Below, piece by piece: positions 56,808 to 64,000 of a stretch of DNA of 64,000 nucleotides (the stretch's first letter is position 1; every line of letters starts with the position of its first letter). The translations under genes and the position numbers were made by a program. Origin of the DNA: Escherichia phage cardinal; sequence record PQ567651.1; one strand, written 5' to 3'. The notes beneath the pieces were generated by a model, which saw nothing but the letters and a program-made list of their open reading frames with translations, was not told the origin of the DNA and ran no database searches.

Positions 56808-57317
56808 TTGTCAATAAAAACCTTTGTCGCAATTGCGTTACTATCCTTAACTGCTTTTACATTTACACCTGTTGTGGCGCAAGCCGAAGCTGCAAACGTA
56901 AAAACTGCTAAAGTAGTTCACAAGTGTACAAAGCGTGATAGTAAAGAAAATCTATTAGCTTGTGCAATCTATGCAGAAAGTCGTAATCAAGGAAAGCGCG
57001 GTATGTCTGCTGTTGGTAATGTAGTATTGAATAGGGCTAGAGATTCATATTTCCCTGATACTATAAAAGAAGTTTTGTTTCAAAAAGGACAATTCTCTTA
57101 CACAAAGACATTCAACGTTATGGAACGTGATAAGTGGAAAGACGCTAAAGCTATAGCAGAACGTCTACTTTATCTCGATAACCATTTTCCAGAATTACGA
57201 ATTGCATTAGATATTACAAAAGGAGCATTATACTTTAAAAAATCTACAATAAGAGCACACTGGGAAAAAGATATGGTTCTAGTGTACCGCTACAAAGAAC
57301 ATCAATTCTATCGCTAA
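56808..57317 (+). CDS. secreted SleB/CwlJ-family cell-wall hydrolase
   Basis: signal peptide then LLACAIYAESRNQGKRGMSAVGNVVLNRARDSYFPDTIKEVLFQKGQFS; TTG start with AGGAGG RBS. Confidence 0.7.
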   Translation: MSIKTFVAIALLSLTAFTFTPVVAQAEAANVKTAKVVHKCTKRDSKENLLACAIYAESRNQGKRGMSAVGNVVLNRARDSYFPDTIKEVLFQKGQFSYTKTFNVMERDKWKDAKAIAERLLYLDNHFPELRIALDITKGALYFKKSTIRAHWEKDMVLVYRYKEHQFYR

Positions 57318-57327
57318 GGAGATATAG

Positions 57328-57606
57328 ATGAAAGATGGCGTTATCGTTGCAAGTTATCTTGTTATTGGTCTTACAGAAGAGGATGTACATTACATTAGGA
57401 AACATTTAGAACAGTTTGCAATGATGTTCATCGAAGACGAAGACAATGTGGATGTTTATTCAATTGAAATGATCAATGATAACGTCTATCCTTGTGTAGC
57501 TTTACGAGTCGATGAAGATGTTTGGGAACGTTTTTCACGTAGTCACGATAATGTTGAATGTTCTATGGTTATGTCACAAAGCAACATACTGGGAGTGTTA
57601 CACTGA
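57328..57606 (+). CDS. hypothetical protein
   Basis: 92-aa ORF, TAAGGAGA RBS. Confidence 0.5.
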   Translation: MKDGVIVASYLVIGLTEEDVHYIRKHLEQFAMMFIEDEDNVDVYSIEMINDNVYPCVALRVDEDVWERFSRSHDNVECSMVMSQSNILGVLH

Positions 57607-57836
57607 TGGCTGATGTTATTGAAGTTAACTTTAAAACAAAAAAGAAAGTTGATAAGTATACAATCTTAAAAAATATTTGCGTTGTGTGCTTCAATTCTGT
57701 AATATATGACTCACGTAAGGGCGAAAATGAAAATGAACCTTACATCCAGATTTCTAAAGGTAAAGGGCAGTGTATCTGCAAAAACTGTGCTGTAGCAATT
57801 AAGGAGGTTGTAGATGAAAACCATTGGGATCAATGA
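57606..57836 (+). CDS. small zinc-ribbon-like protein
   Basis: CVVCF...CICKNC; ATG overlaps upstream stop. Confidence 0.45.
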   Translation: MADVIEVNFKTKKKVDKYTILKNICVVCFNSVIYDSRKGENENEPYIQISKGKGQCICKNCAVAIKEVVDENHWDQ

Positions 57837-58008
57837 TACTGGTGAAGTTGTAAAGTCTTGGGATGATCTTAGTGGTATCCCTACAGATAAACTGATTAAA
57901 CTGCGTGATGTTTGTCGTGATCATCTTAATGAAACATATAAAGAGTATATGGAAGCACGAGATCACAGTTTAGCTATCCAGATGGAACTCGCAAAACGTA
58001 ATCAATAG
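57814..58008 (+). CDS. hypothetical protein
   Basis: 64-aa ORF. Confidence 0.45.
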   Translation: MKTIGINDTGEVVKSWDDLSGIPTDKLIKLRDVCRDHLNETYKEYMEARDHSLAIQMELAKRNQ

Positions 58009-58065
58009 GTAAAACCATTTGGACTTTTTAGTCTAAAAATGCTAAAGTAATAATACGGAGGGAGT

Positions 58066-58629
58066 ATGATATTTCACATAACTCCCTATCTTTCTGGAGA
58101 TATTGGAAAAGGTATCAATGACACAATAAGTGTCTTACCAGAAGATAGTTGGATTTGCCTAAGAGACATTGATACAATGTTTCTTCTTCCAGAACAACCT
58201 GCTTGGTTGGAATCAATAGTCCGTTCAAATCCTGATTTTGATGTTCTTGGTGCATCTTGTAATAGATTGGGATCAACATATCAATTATTTAATAATGAAA
58301 GAAGTGAAGATCCAAATATATTACACCACATTGAGATTGCAAAAAGAGCACATCTAGAATGGGGAAACTCAATAGAGGAAGTACCTACAGATGCTATCTT
58401 AGCAGGATTCTTTCTTCTCTTTCGTAAGAGTCTGTGGAATGAAATCCCTTTTGAGGAAAGATCAATACAGTTTGATATAATTTTCTCTAAAGCATTACAC
58501 GCTAACAATAAAAGGCTAGGTTTATTACGTGGGCTATATTTATTTCACACATACCGTTTAGGTAGTGATGATCCTAGGAAAGCTGTTTCACACCTTTTAC
58601 ATTGTCAAGACATGAATAAAATTATTTAA
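58066..58629 (+). CDS. hypothetical protein (possible glycosyltransferase-like)
   Basis: 187-aa ORF with DID motif (CLRDIDTMFL); assignment weak. Confidence 0.35.
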   Translation: MIFHITPYLSGDIGKGINDTISVLPEDSWICLRDIDTMFLLPEQPAWLESIVRSNPDFDVLGASCNRLGSTYQLFNNERSEDPNILHHIEIAKRAHLEWGNSIEEVPTDAILAGFFLLFRKSLWNEIPFEERSIQFDIIFSKALHANNKRLGLLRGLYLFHTYRLGSDDPRKAVSHLLHCQDMNKII

Positions 58630-58638
58630 GGAGTTATT

Positions 58639-59325
58639 TTGGAAAATACAAAAATTGGTGTTGGTGTTATTACTGTAGGTAAGCGTCCTCTTAAAGATTA
58701 TCTTGTGACTGATCCTAATGCTACTTTTGTTGTACAGTATGATCGGGAACGAAAAGGTGTTGCATATGCCCGTAATGAACTGATGAAAAAGTTTTATGAT
58801 GAAGGGTATGATTACTGGTTTATTTTTGATGATGATTGTTATCCGGTTGTGCCAGGTTGGGAAACATATTTTGTAAAACAGGCTAAGGAAAATGGTTGGG
58901 ATTTCTTTGGTATGCCTGAATACTTTAAAGATAAAGTAAAAGGTATTGAAGGTGAAGTGGTTATTTGGGAACTAGGTATGTGCCAGTTTGGTATGTATTC
59001 CCGTGCAGTTATTGAGAAAGCTGGCTATTTCCGTTCATACACCCACGGTTATGGATATGAAGATGCAGAGTGGATTCAGCGCGTTCCACTGGCAGGTTTG
59101 AACCGAGGTATTCTCGGCGTACCATGTCCTATTCGAATTATGGCGTTTATCCATCCTGACGATGTGTTTGGAGATAATCCTTTACCTTTTGCGAATCTGT
59201 CAAAAGAAGAGAAAGAACAGGGGATTGGTGTAAACTGGGAACAATATAAACAATCACTGGAGGATCTTCGCAATGGTAAAACTTTTATCTCTTATGAGGA
59301 GGCTCAAAAATATGGTAAGTCCTAA
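58639..59325 (+). CDS. putative GT-A-type glycosyltransferase
   Basis: DYWFIFDDDCYP (DxD-like) after N-terminal nucleotide-binding-like segment. Confidence 0.4.
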   Translation: MENTKIGVGVITVGKRPLKDYLVTDPNATFVVQYDRERKGVAYARNELMKKFYDEGYDYWFIFDDDCYPVVPGWETYFVKQAKENGWDFFGMPEYFKDKVKGIEGEVVIWELGMCQFGMYSRAVIEKAGYFRSYTHGYGYEDAEWIQRVPLAGLNRGILGVPCPIRIMAFIHPDDVFGDNPLPFANLSKEEKEQGIGVNWEQYKQSLEDLRNGKTFISYEEAQKYGKS

Positions 59326-60286
59326 TACTCCTGTACTTAAGTGTGATAATAAGTTAGGCAGTGGTTGTGATTACCATCGTATTGTAATGCCGTTTGCGGG
59401 AAATACATTTAAACCTAAGAAAGACGTTTTGGTTTTTAATAGAGTGTATTCTCGTGGATCAGACGAGGTTAAACGCCTGAAGGCACAAGGTGTTAAGATT
59501 ATTGTTGACTTAGATGACTTTTATTCACTTAACCCTGAACATTATATGGCTGGCGTATTTACTAATCACTCAAAGACTATTGTAGAGATGATTAAGTTAG
59601 CAGATGTTGTTACTGTAACAACAGAATATCTAGCTTACAAAATTCGTCATTTAAACCGTAATGTTGTCGTTATTAGAAACGCACTGCCTTACGACGAAGG
59701 TCAATTTACTTTGACAAAAGACCGTTATTCTGACACGCCTATTATTTGGGCTGGAGGAGCAAGCCATGAGCCTGACTTATCTCTTGTAGCTAATACATTT
59801 GATGATACACTATTGACAATTGCAGGGTATGAAGTGTATCCTTCTGCACCTGTTGGAAATAATAGTCAGTATCTAACTACTGCGGAGTGGGTTAAAGTAA
59901 AACGTAAAATTCCAAATGCACAGTATAAACCAGCTATTAAAAATTTAGGTGAGTATATGTCTGTGTATGACGGTCACAGTATTGCAATTGCTCCTCTGGT
60001 AGATAACGACTTCAACAACTGTAAAAGTAATTTGAAGATTTTGGAAGCAGGTGCAAAGGGTCTTCCTATTATCTGTTCTCCTGTGCTGCCGTACTTCAAT
60101 CCGGTAGATGCAAAGGCTGTTATCTATGCAGACTCTAAAGCATCTTGGCATTATGAAGTTGTCAAGCTAATGAGAAACCCTAGATACACAGAAGATCGTG
60201 GTATGATGCTTGCAGAACACGTTCGTCTTAATTATAATCTTGCAGATGCCAATGAACTGCGTCGTCAAGTTATTGAAAGTCTTTAA
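59312..60286 (+). CDS. putative GT-B glycosyltransferase (paralog A)
   Basis: C-terminal KSNLKILEAGAKGLPIICSP (GT1/GT4-like E..G.P motif); GAGGAGG RBS. Confidence 0.5.
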   Translation: MVSPNTPVLKCDNKLGSGCDYHRIVMPFAGNTFKPKKDVLVFNRVYSRGSDEVKRLKAQGVKIIVDLDDFYSLNPEHYMAGVFTNHSKTIVEMIKLADVVTVTTEYLAYKIRHLNRNVVVIRNALPYDEGQFTLTKDRYSDTPIIWAGGASHEPDLSLVANTFDDTLLTIAGYEVYPSAPVGNNSQYLTTAEWVKVKRKIPNAQYKPAIKNLGEYMSVYDGHSIAIAPLVDNDFNNCKSNLKILEAGAKGLPIICSPVLPYFNPVDAKAVIYADSKASWHYEVVKLMRNPRYTEDRGMMLAEHVRLNYNLADANELRRQVIESL

Positions 60287-60297
60287 TAAGGAGCGAT

Positions 60298-61242
60298 ATG
60301 CCTAATATTATTCTTGACACACGTGGGCATGAGAGGTATAGTGTATGTGATTTTCATAGAATCATTTTGCCATATAAACGCAAACTGACCATTAATCCTA
60401 AGCATAATATTTTTGTGTTTAATGGAGTACCAACCCGTGGAAAGCCAGGTTTCCTGGCTCTTAAACAACTTGGGTTTAAATTGGTAATGGATCTGGATGA
60501 TTCTTTAATTATTCCTGAAGGGCATATGCTGGAAGGATTATTTGAAAATCAAATCCGAGATGACCTAAAATGGTTCCTTGAAAGAAGCGATCTTGTAACT
60601 ACAACAACTCCGGCATTAAAGGTTGAACTAAGCCAATACAATGATAATGTACATATTGTGCCTAACGGACTACCTTTTGATGAAGGACAGTTTGTTCTTA
60701 CTAAAGATCGTTATTCTAAAAGTCCACTGGTTTGGGCGGGAAGTGAAACACATAAACATGATTTAGCAATTCTTCCTGATTTTGGTAAAGATTTAACTTT
60801 ATGTGGATTTCGTAGAGATCACGAAGAGTTAAGTAGTGCTCAATGGTTGCAAATTAAAGAAAATATTCAACCAGATTGTGTTTATGAAGGTATTCGTCCT
60901 TATGAGTGTTATATGGAAGCATACGATGGTCATCAAATCTCCATAGCTCCATTAGTAAATAATCATTTTAATAATGCCAAAAGTAATTTAAAAATTCTTG
61001 AAGCTGGTGCTAAAGGTTTGCCACTCGTTTGTTCGCCACGAGAGAACTATTATACTGAAGAATTTAAAGATCTAATCTTCTTTGCTGATTCAGTTAAAGA
61101 GTGGAAAGATATTGTAGAATACTTAATCGAATCCCCTGATGTTTGTATTGAGAAAGGATTGGCTCTTGCTAAGTATGTAAGAGATAACTACAATATTGAT
61201 GATTTAAATGAAACCCGCAGACTGCTTATCGAGGATTTATAA
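60298..61242 (+). CDS. putative GT-B glycosyltransferase (paralog B)
   Basis: shares FVLTKDRYS..P..WAG and KSNLKILEAGAKGLP with paralog A. Confidence 0.5.
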   Translation: MPNIILDTRGHERYSVCDFHRIILPYKRKLTINPKHNIFVFNGVPTRGKPGFLALKQLGFKLVMDLDDSLIIPEGHMLEGLFENQIRDDLKWFLERSDLVTTTTPALKVELSQYNDNVHIVPNGLPFDEGQFVLTKDRYSKSPLVWAGSETHKHDLAILPDFGKDLTLCGFRRDHEELSSAQWLQIKENIQPDCVYEGIRPYECYMEAYDGHQISIAPLVNNHFNNAKSNLKILEAGAKGLPLVCSPRENYYTEEFKDLIFFADSVKEWKDIVEYLIESPDVCIEKGLALAKYVRDNYNIDDLNETRRLLIEDL

Positions 61243-61511
61243 TGCACACTTTTGATTTTGAGTATAAACAAGATAATAAAGAACCTATTATTGTTGAAGT
61301 AGATTACTATTATGAAGAACCTAACCCTTTCTCACGAGAAAGTGATTGGGATTATTATGGTGGTCTTATTGTTGATGGTATTAGGTTTTATTCTGGTACA
61401 AAAGACCTTTTTGATATAGATATTTCCCCATCGGAAATTGTTTACCAATTTAAGAAACATATGGAAGATTTGGAAATGCAATATATTATGGAGACAAACG
61501 AATCATTTTAG
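61242..61511 (+). CDS. hypothetical protein
   Basis: 89-aa ORF. Confidence 0.45.
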   Translation: MHTFDFEYKQDNKEPIIVEVDYYYEEPNPFSRESDWDYYGGLIVDGIRFYSGTKDLFDIDISPSEIVYQFKKHMEDLEMQYIMETNESF

Positions 61512-61523
61512 TAGGAGAATCCT

Positions 61524-63296
61524 GTGTCTTATGTTGTAAATAAATATGGGTATAACATTGATCTAAGTCAAGAAGGACATACTGGGTGTCCTCGTTGTAT
61601 GAAAGGAGGGCGTGATCGATCACAAAACAATTTGATGGTATATGGCTTAGATGCCGATGAAGACCATCGAGGCGCACATTGTTTTTCTTGTGGCTTTACT
61701 ATCCCTGATCAAAAATGGTTAAATGCACACGGCGAAGAAATTGAAGAGGAGGATATCTTGGGTAGTGAGTTTAATCCAGAAGTACATGATAAACTAAAAG
61801 CCAGCACTGGAACTAATCCAAAAGGTTATCGCGGTATTCGTGAAGATATCTCTAAGCCTTTCGGTGTACGTTATATGTACGATGAAGCTACTGGCGAAGT
61901 AATTTCAACACTATACCCTACAACTAAAGATTACAATATTGCTGGGTATAAACAACGTATCGATCCAAAAGATTTCTCACATCCTATAGGTGAAACAGGA
62001 AAGGATTGTGATCTTTTTGGGGAGTTTAAATATCGTAACCACAGCGGTACTATTCTAATCGTTGGTGGTGAACACGATATGCTGGCTGCAACACAGATGC
62101 TAAAAGATTATAACAAGGGTGGTAAATATCCTGTTCCTGCTGTAGTATCTGGTACTTGTGGCGAAACATCTCTGCATAAGCAGCTTCAACATCGTTATAA
62201 ATTCTTAGATCAATTTAAAAAGATTGTTCTATGTATGGATAATGATGAAGCTGGACGTGCAGCAGTTGAGAAATGTGTTAAAATCTTACCACGTAATAAA
62301 GTTTACGTGATGGAACTAACGGATGTTAAAGATCCTAACCAGGCACTAGTAGAAGGAAAAATTGATCATTTTATTGATCGCTTTTTCAAAGCTAAACTGT
62401 ACACACCTGCTGGTGTTTACGCTTCTAACGTACTATATGAAGCAGCCTTGGAATGCCTGGAAGCTAAAATGATCACCCTTCCTCCATTCATGCGTGTTGC
62501 TTCTAACATGTTAGGTGGAGGCTTGGTAGAAGAAGAAATTACTGTTATACTTGCAAAAACAAGTATCGGTAAAACACTGTTGGTTAACGAGATTACGAAG
62601 CACATTATTCTTGCACACCCAGAACATACTCTTGGTATTTTATCTTTGGAGGCAACGTATAAGAAGTATTCTCGTAACTTACTGTCTTCATTCTTGCACA
62701 TCCCTCTTCACCGTAAAACAAAAGAAGAGAAGGAAAAGATTTTAAAAGATAATGAAGAAAAGATTCGTGATTTTTACGAACGAGAAGATGGAACACCACG
62801 TTTCTATGTTTGTGATGATCGTGGAGCTAACGTAGATGTGATTAAAGAGAAGGTTCTGGAAATGATTATTTATTTCGGAGTAACCATTCTTGTTATCGAC
62901 CCTTATTCTGACTTGCTTTCTGGTATGGACGTGTCACAACAAGAGGAACTTGCGACGTGGCTCAAACGCATTATGAAAGAGTACGCAATTACCATTGTTG
63001 TAATTTCACACGTTAAAAAGTCTTCTAACAATAGTAATGAACATATTGTAGAAGATGATGCAATGGGTAGTAGCTTCCTTGCTAAAGGTGCTGGTATCAC
63101 AATTGCGCTGGAGCGTGATAAACAAGCTGAAGATCCTATGGAACGTAACCGCACATATTGCTACATTCTAAAGAACCGTGAGTTCTCAGAGACTGGTGCA
63201 GCAGGTAGTTTCTTCTATGAGATTAAAACAGCGACACTTCACGATTACGATCAATACACAAGTAACCCAGAGAATATTCCTGATGGTTCTTATTAA
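61524..63296 (+). CDS. bifunctional DNA primase-helicase (T7 gp4-like)
   Basis: N-terminal zinc ribbon CPRC...CFSCG, TOPRIM-like VGGEHD...CMDNDEAG, DnaB-type Walker A AKTSIGKT; GTG start with AGGAGA RBS. Confidence 0.8.
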   Translation: MSYVVNKYGYNIDLSQEGHTGCPRCMKGGRDRSQNNLMVYGLDADEDHRGAHCFSCGFTIPDQKWLNAHGEEIEEEDILGSEFNPEVHDKLKASTGTNPKGYRGIREDISKPFGVRYMYDEATGEVISTLYPTTKDYNIAGYKQRIDPKDFSHPIGETGKDCDLFGEFKYRNHSGTILIVGGEHDMLAATQMLKDYNKGGKYPVPAVVSGTCGETSLHKQLQHRYKFLDQFKKIVLCMDNDEAGRAAVEKCVKILPRNKVYVMELTDVKDPNQALVEGKIDHFIDRFFKAKLYTPAGVYASNVLYEAALECLEAKMITLPPFMRVASNMLGGGLVEEEITVILAKTSIGKTLLVNEITKHIILAHPEHTLGILSLEATYKKYSRNLLSSFLHIPLHRKTKEEKEKILKDNEEKIRDFYEREDGTPRFYVCDDRGANVDVIKEKVLEMIIYFGVTILVIDPYSDLLSGMDVSQQEELATWLKRIMKEYAITIVVISHVKKSSNNSNEHIVEDDAMGSSFLAKGAGITIALERDKQAEDPMERNRTYCYILKNREFSETGAAGSFFYEIKTATLHDYDQYTSNPENIPDGSY

Positions 63297-63306
63297 GGAG
63301 AGAAAT

Positions 63307-63702
63307 ATGAAAGACAACGAAAATATCCTCTATGGAGTATCCCCTTCTGCGTTAGGGTATGATTATACGAAAACTATTGCTAAGTTTAAATTTCAAGATG
63401 GATCGGAGTTAGAACCATACGGTTATGCTTATGGTGAACATTTGTGGTTTGAGGATGGTTGCCTATACCTTCTCATTCAAACTACCAGTGGTTTTGTGGG
63501 AGAGCTTGTAGATCGTATGCTGAAAAATGTTAGTGATAAAGTTGTTCTTGATATCGCTAGTAAGGATGAAAACATTAATAACATTGTTTCCACTTTTAAT
63601 GGTTTGACAGGCACTGTTAAAATTGAACGTGTAGGCTTGAGAAATACCAATGGTGTCCCTAATTGCCTTATTAAAGTACAACTAAGTGCTGACAATAAAT
63701 AA
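63307..63702 (+). CDS. hypothetical protein
   Basis: ORF from ATG with AAGGAGAG RBS. Confidence 0.5.
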   Translation: MKDNENILYGVSPSALGYDYTKTIAKFKFQDGSELEPYGYAYGEHLWFEDGCLYLLIQTTSGFVGELVDRMLKNVSDKVVLDIASKDENINNIVSTFNGLTGTVKIERVGLRNTNGVPNCLIKVQLSADNK

Positions 63703-63706
63703 CAAG

Positions 63707-63730
63707 AAGGGGCGAAAGCCCCTTTACAAA
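63707..63730 (+). terminator. hairpin, weak terminator
   Basis: aaggggc-gaaa-gcccctt, T tract weak. Confidence 0.35.
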
Positions 63731-63792
63731 ACAATTAATTTGTGGTACAGTATTAACAAATTAAGACTTTAGAAATATTTTAAGGAGGGAGA

Positions 63793-64000
63793 ATGGGAGC
63801 TTTTACTTTCGACATTGAAAGTAACAACTTGCTTAATGACGAAAGTGTAGATTACTTGGCAAGTCCATATCGTTTAAAAGATAGTTTTGCAATGCACTGT
63901 ATTGTGTGCGAAAGTCATGAGACTGGAGAGATTATTGCTTTCCATGATGGTGATAAATATCTTTTCGATGGTCGTCCGTATATTGAGACTGACGGAAAGT
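63793..64000 (+). CDS. family A DNA polymerase (T7 gp5-like), N-terminal fragment
   Basis: FTFDIESNNLL (Exo I DxE) and FHDGDKYLFDG resemble T7 DNA polymerase N-terminus; AAGGAGGGAGA RBS. Confidence 0.6.
   Translation, partial: MGAFTFDIESNNLLNDESVDYLASPYRLKDSFAMHCIVCESHETGEIIAFHDGDKYLFDGRPYIETDGK

Noticed and set aside
1-64000. tRNA genes, integrase or att sites
   Set aside because: No T-arm-like GTTC(G/A)A(A/T)TC motifs within short ORF-free GC-rich stretches and no integrase-like ORF seen by eye; a tRNA scanner could still find something missed.

Overview
This window looks like part of a large virulent tailed-phage (Caudoviricetes) genome; no integrase, rRNA, tRNA or CRISPR array was recognised. 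Every call rests on reading motifs by eye; no database search or structure prediction was run, and the exact phage family is undetermined. Layout: (i) 1-2.7 kb plus strand: 3' end of a C5 DNA methyltransferase, a Sir2-like protein lacking the zinc module, and small ORFs; (ii) 2.9-14.5 kb: about 45 tightly packed small minus-strand ORFs of unknown function; (iii) 14.55-16.43 kb: gene-free region with Fur-box-like palindromes, tandem repeats and AT-rich iteron-like sequence; (iv) 16.4-24.8 kb: about 23 small minus-strand genes, most preceded by a conserved promoter plus 5' stem-loop cassette, apparently GC-richer than the rest; (v) 25-31.6 kb: AP2-domain homing-endonuclease-like gene, more palindromes and three 65-bp direct repeats, then a minus-strand operon with a NADAR (YbiA-like) protein, a Cys/His-repeat GIY-YIG-like protein and a frameshifted P-loop ATPase; (vi) 31.7-64 kb plus strand: SF1 helicase carrying an intein, anaerobic ribonucleotide reductase nrdD split by an ORF-less group I intron plus nrdG, a Ter-like cluster (HAD, PRTase, macro-like, TerC, TelA-like, vWA, TerD), a SleB-like hydrolase, four putative glycosyltransferases, a T7 gp4-like primase-helicase and the start of a family A DNA polymerase. 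The best candidate for a novel system is the phage-borne Ter-like / nucleotide-metabolite cluster together with the NAD/ADP-ribose-related genes (Sir2-like, macro-like, NADAR).
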